A stretch of DNA of 64,000 bases. Origin: Candidatus Dojkabacteria bacterium (GTDB taxonomy: Bacteria > Patescibacteriota > Dojkabacteria > SC72). Both the position numbers and the translations under genes were made by a program. Below the pieces are notes generated by a model that did not search any database, was not told the origin of the DNA, and was given only the letters and a program-made list of their open reading frames with translations. Shown here piece after piece: positions 48,500 to 58,532 of this stretch (positions are counted from its first letter, which is position 1; every line of letters begins with the position of its first letter). The stretch is taken from contig JACPFP010000003.1 in NCBI GenBank assembly GCA_016182915.1, positions 187,685 to 251,684 of the forward strand. The letters are read 5' to 3'.

Positions 48500-48620
48500 T
48501 GTTTTTGCATTTTATATTAGCTACCTAATACTGTCAATAGTTATCTTGTATTAATAGAGCTAATTCACGTATTTGAATAGGTAGTCTTTCAAATCTCCTT
48601 CATCATGATATTATTACCTT

Positions 48621-49556
48621 ATGGAGAAAATAATATTAATATTGATTATATTTTTTGCTGACTTCCTTATCTCTCCATTTCTAATAAAGAAACTAAGGGA
48701 TAAGGGATTCTATAAACGAAAAGATCTTCCGAAAGAGAAACAAGTTCAGAGAAACGAGAAGTACTATAAACATTTGCTTGATGATATGAGTACTCCTTCA
48801 AGTTTCGGTATTTTCTTCATCCTGAATCTTCTAGTTTCAATCTTTCTTTTTACATTTAACCCTACGACACTCTCTGTAGTAATTGGCTCAATTTTACTTG
48901 GCTCACTTGGTCTTGCAGATGATATCTATCAGTTTTTCTTCTACCAGAGGGCTGGACAATGGGGATTTAAAGCCAGGTATAAGATGGTTTTACAAGCTAT
49001 AGTCTTCTTCGTTATCACATATCTCATTTCTCAATCGTTGCTGTATTCTGTTGTACTATCACTCCTCTCAACCTTCATACTAAACTCATTTAATATTACA
49101 GATGGTCTTGACGGTCTTGCAGGAGGAATTGCAATACCTGTGTTTATACTTTTTGCATATATTGAATACTCTACCTTCGGTTTCTCCTCATTCTTCACAC
49201 TCATCCTAGTTACGGTTTCCTTTCTCCTCGTCTTTATCTTTTTCAATATTAAACCTGCAAAGGTATTTCTAGGAGATAGTGGCTCATATACAATTGGTGT
49301 AATACTCGCCTTCCTCACATTCAGATACAATCTTATGTATACCCTTCCGCTAATATCTCTCTTTCTCATAGAAGGCCTCTCGAGTTTAATTCAGATTGTG
49401 AGTATTAAAGTATTTAAGAAAAGAGTATTTAGTATTGCCCCACTACATCTTCACCTTCTAAATTCGGGTTGGTCACAGTGGAGAGTAATCAAAACTGCAT
49501 GGGTTCTTCAAATAGTGATTACTATATTAATATTTGTAATACTTCAATATGCTTGA
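48621..49556 (+). CDS. MraY/WecA-family (PNPT) membrane transferase, divergent
   Basis: G.ADD, NITDGLDGL, FN..PAKVFLGDSGS, APLH.HL. Confidence 0.85.
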   Translation: MEKIILILIIFFADFLISPFLIKKLRDKGFYKRKDLPKEKQVQRNEKYYKHLLDDMSTPSSFGIFFILNLLVSIFLFTFNPTTLSVVIGSILLGSLGLADDIYQFFFYQRAGQWGFKARYKMVLQAIVFFVITYLISQSLLYSVVLSLLSTFILNSFNITDGLDGLAGGIAIPVFILFAYIEYSTFGFSSFFTLILVTVSFLLVFIFFNIKPAKVFLGDSGSYTIGVILAFLTFRYNLMYTLPLISLFLIEGLSSLIQIVSIKVFKKRVFSIAPLHLHLLNSGWSQWRVIKTAWVLQIVITILIFVILQYA

Positions 49557-50826
49557 TAAAAGGTTAAGGAAAATTGTAAAGGAATTATACGCAATTCCGA
49601 ACGCTCCATACTCATTAAAACTAAGATCTGAGTATATAAAACTGAAAATTAAAGATGCCGGCTTAGAGTATAAGGAGACTCCATACTACATCAGTGCAAA
49701 ACTAAATCATGGAGAGGATAGGAGGAAAAAGATCTTGTTCATTTCGCATCTAGATCACCCAGGATTTGTTTTTAAAGATAGTAAAGAAGGAATAGCTTTC
49801 GGATCACTGTACCTAGATAGATTGAAAAATCTTAAACCCTTAAATATATACTCACCAGAAGGAAAATACCTTGGTGATGCTGAGATATCAAAGGTCTATG
49901 GTAGAGATGAGAGCAAGGTATTAATTAATGCCGATTTCAATATTCCAAAGAACTCCCAAGGACTGTGGGATGTGGGGGATGTAACTTTCGATGAGATTAA
50001 TATATCAGGAAGAAGTCACGACAACGATATCGCAACCGCAATCCTTCTTAACAATATGAAGCGTATCGAATCACATGATTTCGATATTATCTTCCTTTTC
50101 ACAAAACACGAAGAGGTTCTTCAACAGAGTTCATTCCATATATCGAAGAAGAACTCTTTGAAACTTACCGGTGAGGATATCGTTATCAATTTAGAATCTA
50201 TGAAGGTGTATCCAACGACTGACGATCCTCAATATTCAAGTTTAGGATATGAGAATGGGCTTGTTCTAAATGTATCAGAGACTACCTGTATATACTCATC
50301 AAAAGGAGATATTTCAAATCTCTCAGAAAGTTTAATAAACAATATTGTTGAAGGGACAGGACTGAATATACAAAGGGGAATGGCTGGGGGAACGAGCGAT
50401 GCAAGGCCACTAGCTATACATGGTCTAACAAACAACCTTGTCACGTTAAACGTTCCTAATGAGTTTAAACATAATAGTGATGGGATTAATGTAACAGCTG
50501 AGAGGGTTAAAATCCATGATGTTATATCAGTAGATATTATAATCAGGAGCATTCTGGAAACTCCTACACTTCCTTTAGAACCTAACTCGAAGGATATCTC
50601 AAAGGATATTGTAAAAATATATCCAAATTTCAATACCCAAACCTCTCAGTCGTATATAAGAATTAATAGTAGATTAGATTATGCCTTTAGAGATGTAGTT
50701 AAAAGAGGATACTACTTTCCACAATCGATATTAGATACTTTAAGAGATCTATATTGGAAAGTAATTTCATATATAGACTACTTTGTTTCGGGTAAAGGTA
50801 CGAACTCAACGGTTTCTAAAGAATAG
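49549..50826 (+). CDS. M42/M28-like zinc peptidase-family protein
   Basis: SHLDHPG, SHDND, HEEV, GGTSDA, KHN; overlaps the mraY-like stop. Confidence 0.65.
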   Translation: MLDKRLRKIVKELYAIPNAPYSLKLRSEYIKLKIKDAGLEYKETPYYISAKLNHGEDRRKKILFISHLDHPGFVFKDSKEGIAFGSLYLDRLKNLKPLNIYSPEGKYLGDAEISKVYGRDESKVLINADFNIPKNSQGLWDVGDVTFDEINISGRSHDNDIATAILLNNMKRIESHDFDIIFLFTKHEEVLQQSSFHISKKNSLKLTGEDIVINLESMKVYPTTDDPQYSSLGYENGLVLNVSETTCIYSSKGDISNLSESLINNIVEGTGLNIQRGMAGGTSDARPLAIHGLTNNLVTLNVPNEFKHNSDGINVTAERVKIHDVISVDIIIRSILETPTLPLEPNSKDISKDIVKIYPNFNTQTSQSYIRINSRLDYAFRDVVKRGYYFPQSILDTLRDLYWKVISYIDYFVSGKGTNSTVSKE

Positions 50827-50843
50827 TTAATAAAGAAAATATA

Positions 50844-51611
50844 ATGAAGAGTTTCTCAATAAATGATACAGGGCGTGAAGAGAGTATTAATTGCATACTA
50901 TTAGAACAGAATTCCAAAGATTTAATTATATTCATTGGTGGTGATGGTGATACGAAAGATACGTACCTTGAACTTGGAAAGAAGATCTCTGATAGTTTAA
51001 AACAAGATTTGCTACTTTTTTCATTCAGAGGAAGAGAAAGTGGGAAGAGTGATACCCCAACACAGTTGATATCTGACCTTGAAGAGTTAGTCGCATACAT
51101 AAATAGAACTTATAGATATAATTCAATCTCACTCATTTCTACAAGTAGCGGATCGATTCCAATGACTTATGTTTTGGCAAATCAGTCTTTAAGTAAACAC
51201 TTTAAGCAGGCAGTATATCTTGACCCTGCTGATTACTATACAACTCAGGAAGGTCTGAGTATTCATCCTGACACATGGACTGGTATAGAAGAGTATAACC
51301 CGAGGTACGAGACTGTGAGTACTATGATGAAACAGATTAGCTCGGGAGTTAAAGTTTATGTTGTAAATTTCACAATCAGAAATACTGAAGGGGATCGTTA
51401 TGTGGAAGTAGAGCGAAGAGGGCTAGATAATCCAAACAAATATACAAGATTAAATAATGATATGGTTAAGAGCTTCTACAGTAATACTCCTGAAAGAAAC
51501 AGAGGTGAATATATAGAGGAGAGTACACTTCCTCATGCTTTTGAAAGAGATGGAAATATCTCAAAGAATGAGGAGAAGATTCTAGAGATTTTAAAACTTA
51601 CTTGTAAGTAG
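50844..51611 (+). CDS. alpha/beta hydrolase-like protein
   Basis: FRG..SG, STSSGS nucleophile elbow, LDPA, PHAF. Confidence 0.65.
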   Translation: MKSFSINDTGREESINCILLEQNSKDLIIFIGGDGDTKDTYLELGKKISDSLKQDLLLFSFRGRESGKSDTPTQLISDLEELVAYINRTYRYNSISLISTSSGSIPMTYVLANQSLSKHFKQAVYLDPADYYTTQEGLSIHPDTWTGIEEYNPRYETVSTMMKQISSGVKVYVVNFTIRNTEGDRYVEVERRGLDNPNKYTRLNNDMVKSFYSNTPERNRGEYIEESTLPHAFERDGNISKNEEKILEILKLTCK

Positions 51612-52974
51612 CAATAACTTTAATTTCAGTAAGTTCTCTCAGTCCCCATCGACCATGCTCACGTCCAATTCCAGACATTTTACAACCACCAAATGGATCA
51701 TCAGGTACTACATAGAAAGCCCCATTCACACTTACCATACCAGTTTTAATATCTCTAGCACATTTTTCACCAAGTTCCTTGTTCCCAGTGAACACATAGC
51801 CTCCCAAACCATAAGGAGTGTCATTAGCAAGTTGAATTGCCTCTTCATACGTTTTAAATGTTAGGACTGGTAGTACTGGACCGAAAACTTCTTCAGACCA
51901 AACTCGCATATCTGTAGTTACATTTCGAAGAATGGTTGGCATGTAGTATGCTCCTTCCATGTTCTCACTCCTACCCCCTCCAATAACTACCTCCACACCT
52001 TTCTCTACTGCGTCTTTCATTTGAGCATCGAGAAGTACAGCCTGCCTTTCCGCAACCAAAGGTCCAATATTGGTATCTTCATCAAGAGGGTTTTCAACTT
52101 TGATTGACTGAAGTTTTGCTTTCATTTTAGAGGTAAATTCGTCTACAACGGATTCATGTACAATCATTCTCTTTAATCCATCACATATCTGCCCACAGTT
52201 TCCAAATCTGTTAATGAAAACTGTTTCGACAGCATTATCAAGATCCACATCTTCAAAACATACTCCTGGTGCTGACCCACCTAACTCTAGAAGAACTTTA
52301 AGCATCTTTTCTGCTCCAACTTTGTAAAGATACTGTCCTGTTTTAGTACTTCCTGTAAAGCAGATTAAATCAATGTCAGAATGGACAAGTTGATCTCCTG
52401 TCTCTCCTGCCCCAAAGATGATATTGAATACCCCATTAGGCAATCCGACAGCAGAGGTAATATCTTCGTACATTTTAGAGGTTACAACAACTTCTTCAGA
52501 ATGTTTGAATACAACGGTATTCCCTACCATAAGGTTTGGAATAGCTCCCCAGATTAGGTTGGAGAATGGGAAATTCCAAGGCATAATCACTGCAGCAACT
52601 CCGATTGGTTCGTAATATACCTTATGGATTTCAGTCTCATTTTCAAAGCTCACCTCAGGTGATAGGTATTTTGATGCATTATCTAGATACCATCTAAAGT
52701 AGTTAAGACCTGAATCCAAATCAACTTTACTTTCTTCAATTGGCATCCCCATCTCTTTTGATTCCAAATGTGCAAGCTCTTCCTTCTTCTCCTCAAATGC
52801 ACTATATAGCTTTTCCAGGTATTCTTTCCTTTCTTCAACAGTCAGTTTGGACCATTGTTCAAAGCTTTCTTTTGCAGTTGAAACGATTTCTTTTATCCTT
52901 GATTCAGAAGTTATCTCAATCTCACCTACGACTCCTAATGACTTATCCGGGCTAGTAGAAGTTATTTTTGACAT
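51598..52974 (-). CDS. aldehyde dehydrogenase
   Basis: PWNFP, FTGS, ELGG, GQIC, EEVFGP, PFGG.K.SG.GRE. Confidence 0.95.
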   Translation of the reverse strand: MSKITSTSPDKSLGVVGEIEITSESRIKEIVSTAKESFEQWSKLTVEERKEYLEKLYSAFEEKKEELAHLESKEMGMPIEESKVDLDSGLNYFRWYLDNASKYLSPEVSFENETEIHKVYYEPIGVAAVIMPWNFPFSNLIWGAIPNLMVGNTVVFKHSEEVVVTSKMYEDITSAVGLPNGVFNIIFGAGETGDQLVHSDIDLICFTGSTKTGQYLYKVGAEKMLKVLLELGGSAPGVCFEDVDLDNAVETVFINRFGNCGQICDGLKRMIVHESVVDEFTSKMKAKLQSIKVENPLDEDTNIGPLVAERQAVLLDAQMKDAVEKGVEVVIGGGRSENMEGAYYMPTILRNVTTDMRVWSEEVFGPVLPVLTFKTYEEAIQLANDTPYGLGGYVFTGNKELGEKCARDIKTGMVSVNGAFYVVPDDPFGGCKMSGIGREHGRWGLRELTEIKVIATYK

Positions 52975-53102
52975 AGAATGAGTAGTAATATTATTGTTCT
53001 AAGTTTACTTCATAATTCGTATATCTTCAATTGGATTGAACCAAAATATTATTATACTAACAATCTTCCCATATTTAGCGTATAGTGTAGGGTAAATTAA
53101 AA

Positions 53103-53732
53103 GTGAAAATAATGGGAAGATTCAATAACGATAGAAACAATGGGAGAAGAGATGGTGGATATAACAGAGATAGATCTGAAAAACCAACTATGTACGATGC
53201 AGTATGTGATAACTGTGGAAATGACTGTAAAGTACCGTTTAGACCAACTGCAGGTAAACCAATATACTGTAGTAATTGTTTCGAAAAATTAGGAAATTCA
53301 ACAAATGACAGATATGAAAGAAACGATAGATATGAGAGGAATGATAGACGAGAGTCTAGAGATTCTGACACAAGAGTAATGTACGATGCAGTATGCGATG
53401 ATTGTGGTAGAGCCTGTAAACTTCCTTTCAAACCAAGTGAAGGAAAAGCAATATTCTGTAGCAGATGTTTTGAAAAGAGAGGAAATACACATGAGGGAGT
53501 TAAGGATGTTAAAAGCTATACCCCTATTGTCAAAGCTGATAACAGTGCAAAGATACTAAGAGAATTAGGTGAGAAATTAGATAGAATAATCAAACTTCTT
53601 GAAACGAAAGCCGTTGTAGAAACAGTAGTAGAAGTAAAGACTCCTGTTAAGAAAAAGGTTGAGACAAAGAAAGTAGAGATTAAACCTAAGAAAGTTGCTA
53701 AAAAGGCAGTAAAGAAGACACCAAAAGAGTAA
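53103..53732 (+). CDS. tandem CxxC-x17-CxxC domain protein with Lys-rich tail
   Basis: Two MYDAVCD.CG..C..PF.P..GK.I.CS.CF units. Confidence 0.88.
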   Translation: MKIMGRFNNDRNNGRRDGGYNRDRSEKPTMYDAVCDNCGNDCKVPFRPTAGKPIYCSNCFEKLGNSTNDRYERNDRYERNDRRESRDSDTRVMYDAVCDDCGRACKLPFKPSEGKAIFCSRCFEKRGNTHEGVKDVKSYTPIVKADNSAKILRELGEKLDRIIKLLETKAVVETVVEVKTPVKKKVETKKVEIKPKKVAKKAVKKTPKE

Positions 53733-53769
53733 GATAGAACTTTCTTTCCCAATGTATTAGAATCATCTT

Positions 53770-54363
53770 ATGGCACTAACCATAAGTGATATTGCAAACA
53801 ATCCTCCTCTACTTAGATATGAAATCCCATTAAACAACAGTAAGGTTGCGATATTTAGACCTTTAGAACAAGGTGACACGGAGGTATTATCCACTTTTCT
53901 AGAATCACTCTCCCCTACTACGCAAAGATACTACACATTAGACAGTTTCGATTTAGTAACTGCTCAACAGATGTGTAATGATATAAACAAGTATGACAAA
54001 GTTAGATTCATAACGATAGTTGATGATGAAGTATTGGCTTTAGTTGAATTCAGTATGGATTTAGTTCAGAAAGATATAGATAGGTTCAAAGGATATAACA
54101 TTAAACTCAAGCAAGGAGAAGACTGCAGGTTCGGCCCATGCGTTTCCGATAATCATCAAGGAACTGGATTAGGTTCTAAGATTTTTCCATATATTGTAAA
54201 AGTAGCAAAGGAGATGGGACAGAAAAGAGTTATCCTATGGGGAGGAGTTTTTGCAGACAACGAAAAAGCAATTAAGTACTACATTAGGAATGGATTTAAG
54301 GAACTAGGTAGATTTAAATATGATGAGAACTATGATTGTATAGATATGATTCTAGAACTATAA
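53770..54363 (+). CDS. GNAT acetyltransferase
   Basis: HQGTGLGS, N..AI.YY..NGF. Confidence 0.88.
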   Translation: MALTISDIANNPPLLRYEIPLNNSKVAIFRPLEQGDTEVLSTFLESLSPTTQRYYTLDSFDLVTAQQMCNDINKYDKVRFITIVDDEVLALVEFSMDLVQKDIDRFKGYNIKLKQGEDCRFGPCVSDNHQGTGLGSKIFPYIVKVAKEMGQKRVILWGGVFADNEKAIKYYIRNGFKELGRFKYDENYDCIDMILEL

Positions 54364-54429
54364 CTCTATTGAGTATCTCAATACCCAATGATACTATGAA
54401 TATATATTAATTATATACCTTGATTACAT

Positions 54430-54696
54430 ATGAAATATATCCATCTGTTACTCTTCCCACTAGGTTTTTTTATATATTCATTTGTAATGGATAAATCTGC
54501 AGAGAACTTCTATGACCTCGTTGCAATTATCTGGGGAACAATCGGCGTAGTCGGTTCAATTCTCTCGATTGTAATCTACAACCTAACAAGAAAGTATAAT
54601 AAGGAGGATAAATGGTATATTAATGTTCTAATTGGACTTGGAGGTTGTATATTAGCCTTCCTGTTACTAATGGTATATTCAAGAATCAACGGATAG
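54430..54696 (+). CDS. small membrane protein
   Basis: Three hydrophobic segments. Confidence 0.6.
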   Translation: MKYIHLLLFPLGFFIYSFVMDKSAENFYDLVAIIWGTIGVVGSILSIVIYNLTRKYNKEDKWYINVLIGLGGCILAFLLLMVYSRING

Positions 54697-54706
54697 ATAA
54701 ATATAA

Positions 54707-55294
54707 ATGGAAAGTAATCTCCTAGAACTCTCCAATACAAAATACAAAGTCGCAAATGAGATTCTCAGATCAACTGGTGTTGTGGAGACCTTTTCAAAGT
54801 TAGGGACGGTTGAGATTGTAGGAAGTGTAAAACTAAACCTCATGTTCAGAAACGATATAGATCTCCTTGTAATAGCAGATGAGATTAGTAGAGAGAAGGC
54901 AATTGCTGTAACAACTGAGCTCCTACATAATCCTCAATTCCAAACCGTAGGATTTGCAGATTACCAATCCCATCATGAAGAAGGCTATACCAACGGATAC
55001 TACTGGGAACTAATTGTTATACATGAGAATGAATCATGGAAATTCGATATCTGGTACTCAACTCCTAATGAAGAATATATTAAAGATGTTCTAGCTATAA
55101 CCCCAAGATTTCTTGACCTTCTGGAAAAGAACCCCGAGAAGCGAGAGCTAATATTAAAGATAAAGAATGAATATTCTGATGGAATTAAATATAGGAATAA
55201 TGTTAACAGCATAGACATATATAAGGCTGTACTAGACTACAATGTATCTACAGTAGGACAATTTCAAGACCACATAACAAATCTTTTCGCTTAA
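54707..55294 (+). CDS. nucleotidyltransferase-fold hypothetical protein
   Basis: VGS..L.LM..NDIDL and WKFDIW. Confidence 0.7.
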   Translation: MESNLLELSNTKYKVANEILRSTGVVETFSKLGTVEIVGSVKLNLMFRNDIDLLVIADEISREKAIAVTTELLHNPQFQTVGFADYQSHHEEGYTNGYYWELIVIHENESWKFDIWYSTPNEEYIKDVLAITPRFLDLLEKNPEKRELILKIKNEYSDGIKYRNNVNSIDIYKAVLDYNVSTVGQFQDHITNLFA

Positions 55295-55331
55295 GTGCTA
55301 CAATTCTAATATTAAATTAATATTAAGAATT

Positions 55332-55511
55332 ATGAGAGAAAAATTCAGAGACGGAGCAACAAATGCTGGATACGGGTTGGGCTTCCTAGGTGCCCTCATA
55401 TATTTTTTAACAAGTGCAACATCGTTTTGGATGGGAGTTTTGGGAATTTTCAAGGCAATGGTATGGCCAGGAATATTAGTCTATGAACTTTTGAAATTTC
55501 TAATAGGATAG
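55332..55511 (+). CDS. conserved small membrane protein (59 aa)
   Basis: Manually translated MREKFRDGATNAGYGLGFLGALIYFLTSATSFWMGVLGIFKAMVWPGILVYELLKFLIG; below ORF-track cutoff. Confidence 0.8.
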   Translation: MREKFRDGATNAGYGLGFLGALIYFLTSATSFWMGVLGIFKAMVWPGILVYELLKFLIG

Positions 55512-55514
55512 AGA

Positions 55515-55543
55515 TTTACTTATTCGTCTCATTCCATTATAAT
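55515..55543 (+). promoter_or_regulatory. sigma70-type promoter antisense to NYN gene 2
   Basis: TTTACT (55515-20), 17 nt, TATAAT (55538-43); predicted start about 55549. Confidence 0.6.
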
Positions 55544-55548
55544 TGGAC

Positions 55549-55614
55549 ATCACGATGAGAGGACTACCAAAGGTTAACCTTGTTTACCGCGGGAATGCCT
55601 CTCATTTTCTTTCT
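55549..55614 (+). ncRNA. putative NYN-associated structured small RNA, copy 2
   Basis: Begins ATCACGA; ATGAGAGG(55555-62)/CCTCTCAT(55598-605) stem, inner hairpin, then TTTCTTTCT tail. Confidence 0.6.
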
Positions 55615-56116
55615 CTATACCCAGTTTATCCTTTAATGAATATACATCTGTGATGTATGGGGCATACTTACGTAGCAATGAGGAGTACCTATTGTTTGGT
55701 GTAATTATCTTTTTCAACTTCTTAATCTTCTCTAGATACTCAATTAGACAGTAGAAATCACCATCACCAGAGACTATGACCGCCGATTCGTAGTTTGGCA
55801 GTTCAATCATAGTATGAAGAACGAGTTCTGCATCAACATTCCCTTTATATGTAACCTTCTCACCTGTTTTTATACCCAAAACATTTTTGAAGATTAGTAT
55901 ATATCCAGCTTCTTGAAGTTCTCGATATAGACTTGCGTTACTTTCTATAAAACCAATAAATAGGAAGGCTTTGCTCACCTTATACTTATTTCTCAAAAAT
56001 AGTCTAAACTTTCCCCAATCTAATCTCCAACCTTTTTTCCTAACTCCAAGGTTAAGGTTCTGACTATCCACAAATGCGTAATTGGAAATACTTTTTTCTT
56101 TTAATTCGGTTTTCAT
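55574..56116 (-). CDS. NYN domain (LabA/DUF88, PIN-fold) ribonuclease
   Basis: FVDSQNL, KGNVDAELVL, SGDGDF. Confidence 0.9.
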   Translation of the reverse strand: MKTELKEKSISNYAFVDSQNLNLGVRKKGWRLDWGKFRLFLRNKYKVSKAFLFIGFIESNASLYRELQEAGYILIFKNVLGIKTGEKVTYKGNVDAELVLHTMIELPNYESAVIVSGDGDFYCLIEYLEKIKKLKKIITPNNRYSSLLRKYAPYITDVYSLKDKLGIEKENERHSRGKQG

Positions 56117-56171
56117 ACAATCATTCTATATTAATACGCATTGGTTTGGAATATAGGAGAAGGTATTCAGA

Positions 56172-56771
56172 CTAGTTCAAATACTTTGCCTTGAGATTAC
56201 GGAGCAACTGCTGAGCCTTAGCTTTAGTGGAGTTAAAATATAGGAAGCCCTCATCAGCGAGTTTCTTCTCTAAATATGAAATTTCGATATCAAACGGCAG
56301 ACCTGAATTTTGGTTGTCATTTAGGAAACCATAATCATCAAACCTCCAAAGCTTGTCAGCATCTCTCATAGCCCCTTCATTATCACTTATGAATCCAGTC
56401 CTTGTATCGTGTTGAGAAACTATTTCCAAAATCTCTTCAACATACTCCTTTTCATGACCGACATCATTTAATATCCCCCTTGCTAAACTAACAGACTCTT
56501 TTTGATGTTTCTCTCTTATTCTTGTCCTCTCCTTCTGTGGTACTCCATATTTAAAAACAGACATTCTCTCTTCTAAGGGAAGTTTGCTCCAACCAATATC
56601 ATGAAGAATTGCGGATGGGACTACAATATCGGGATTGCATTTTTCCTGTTCGCAGATATCCTGAGCATACAGAGATACTATATATGCATGTCCTTTGTCA
56701 TTTCTAGTATCTTGATATTGAAAAGCTGCTTTCCACAAATCCAAATATTTATCATTAAGAGTATATTTCAT
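56172..56771 (-). CDS. HD-domain protein
   Basis: H, LHDIGW, HQ, QHD, DADKLW. Confidence 0.88.
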   Translation of the reverse strand: MKYTLNDKYLDLWKAAFQYQDTRNDKGHAYIVSLYAQDICEQEKCNPDIVVPSAILHDIGWSKLPLEERMSVFKYGVPQKERTRIREKHQKESVSLARGILNDVGHEKEYVEEILEIVSQHDTRTGFISDNEGAMRDADKLWRFDDYGFLNDNQNSGLPFDIEISYLEKKLADEGFLYFNSTKAKAQQLLRNLKAKYLN

Positions 56772-56906
56772 GTTTGATTATAACAAGGGAAGTACCCTGA
56801 GGAAAGTTTATATCATTTTGAATTATCTATTCCCCACTTGTCACAAAAAAGAAGTAGGAATATAATCCTAAACATCTTTTCCCATATTTATTTACAATAT
56901 TATTTT

Positions 56907-58532
56907 ATGAAAAACATACTCAAGAACTTCTCACTCAATTGGAAATCTGGACTCACAGTATCATTGATATCAATCCCCCTCTCTGTTTCACTTGCAGTAG
57001 CTTCAGGAGCAACCCCAATTATGGGTATTGTGACGGGAATATGGGCGGGGTTTGTGGCCTCACTGCTTGGAGGCAGTCACTACAACATTGTAGGGCCAAC
57101 AGGAGCCCTCTCAGGTATCCTAGCCGCATATGCTTTAACCCATGGGATTGGAAGCCTACCAATGCTGGCAATAGTATCTGGAATTATGATTCTTCTTGCA
57201 TACTTCCTTAAGTTCGAAAAATACCTTAAATATATCCCTGCAAGTACCGTTCAGGGCTTCACCTTAGGCGTTGCCTTCATAATTGCCCTTAATCAATTAA
57301 ACTCTGCTCTTGGAATATCAGGATTGGAAACACATGAGAGATTCATCGAAAATGTATTTGAAACCTTCTCCCACCTTAACCTTATATCCATACCTTCACT
57401 TTCTGTTTTCGCAGTATTCTTGGGGGCTCTTTTCCTTTTCCAGAAGAAACTTCCAAAACTTCCTGGAGCAATTGTACTTGCACCCGTTGGTATCCTTCTA
57501 GGGTATCTCTCTGTTAAATCTATAATTCCGATTTCAATACTTACATTAGGCGCTAAGTTCTCAGATATTACCCCTACACTCTTTCTCCCTATCGACTTAA
57601 ACCTAAGTACTGCAGTTATAGTCCCTGCCATAACAGTTGCAGTTGTTGCAATCCTTGAAACAATGATCTCTGCAAAGATAGCAGATGGTATGACACAGAC
57701 AAAACATCATAAAAGGAAAGAACTTTTTGCATTAGGTGTTTCTAATATAATATCCGGATTTGCAGGGGGAATGCCTGCTACAGCAGCCTTGGCGAGAACT
57801 TCCCTTAATATTAAATCTGGAGCCACAAATAAGCTATCGGCAACCATAAACAGTATCTTCATTGTCATTATCTCCTTTATATTCCTCACATACTTCAAAT
57901 ATATACCTATGGCAGTAATCGCAGCCATTTTGGTCTTTGTTGCAATCAGAATGGTTGAAATGCACCACTTAATTAGAATGTTCCACTTAGACAAGAAGAG
58001 CTTCACATTAGCAATGGCAGTGGCAGTTATAACAATTGTAGAAGACCCCATCATTGGCCTTCTTGCAGGAGCTACAGCAGCGCTCCTTCTCTTCATTGAT
58101 ACTCTGTCGAAAGGGCAATTTGATCTAATGATTAACGAGAAAGGTGGAAAGAAGGTGAAGAGTACCTCCGAGGAGGATTTTTCCAGAAAGTTAAAAAAGA
58201 GTCACACACTCGTATATACAATTAAGGGTTCTCTTGTGTACATAAATGGTGAATCACATCTTTCCAGATTTGAGAATGGATTAAATGGGAGTCAGAATAT
58301 CATAATTAGATTAAGGGAGCTATATTTTATTGATCTTGATGGTATTGATATTCTTGATGAGATTATAGAGTCAATAGAATCTAGAGGAAGAAAAGTATAT
58401 ATAACAGGTACAAACAAGCTTATAGAAGAGATGCTTCTCAATGAAAGTGACTACTATGGAAGGCTTAAGAAGGAGAAAAAGGTATTTGAAAAGACAAGTG
58501 ATGTATTAAGAGAACTGGGATTTAAGGTTTAG
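56907..58532 (+). CDS. SulP family anion transporter with STAS domain
   Basis: SGLTV..I.IPLS, GPTGA, KEL.ALG.SN, PATAALART; C-terminal STAS (FIDLDG). Confidence 0.92.
   Translation: MKNILKNFSLNWKSGLTVSLISIPLSVSLAVASGATPIMGIVTGIWAGFVASLLGGSHYNIVGPTGALSGILAAYALTHGIGSLPMLAIVSGIMILLAYFLKFEKYLKYIPASTVQGFTLGVAFIIALNQLNSALGISGLETHERFIENVFETFSHLNLISIPSLSVFAVFLGALFLFQKKLPKLPGAIVLAPVGILLGYLSVKSIIPISILTLGAKFSDITPTLFLPIDLNLSTAVIVPAITVAVVAILETMISAKIADGMTQTKHHKRKELFALGVSNIISGFAGGMPATAALARTSLNIKSGATNKLSATINSIFIVIISFIFLTYFKYIPMAVIAAILVFVAIRMVEMHHLIRMFHLDKKSFTLAMAVAVITIVEDPIIGLLAGATAALLLFIDTLSKGQFDLMINEKGGKKVKSTSEEDFSRKLKKSHTLVYTIKGSLVYINGESHLSRFENGLNGSQNIIIRLRELYFIDLDGIDILDEIIESIESRGRKVYITGTNKLIEEMLLNESDYYGRLKKEKKVFEKTSDVLRELGFKV

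Noticed and set aside
48418-48510. Alternative leader frame MQKQ*ISLLNIHIFLASFGPLFLGSYHWEI suggesting TGA read-through (code 25)
   Set aside because: That ATG overlaps the -10 box; genes in the window are intact under code 11 and several end in TGA
53306-53350. Imperfect 18-bp repeats encoding DRYERN
   Set aside because: Low-complexity linker typical of CxxC-x17-CxxC proteins
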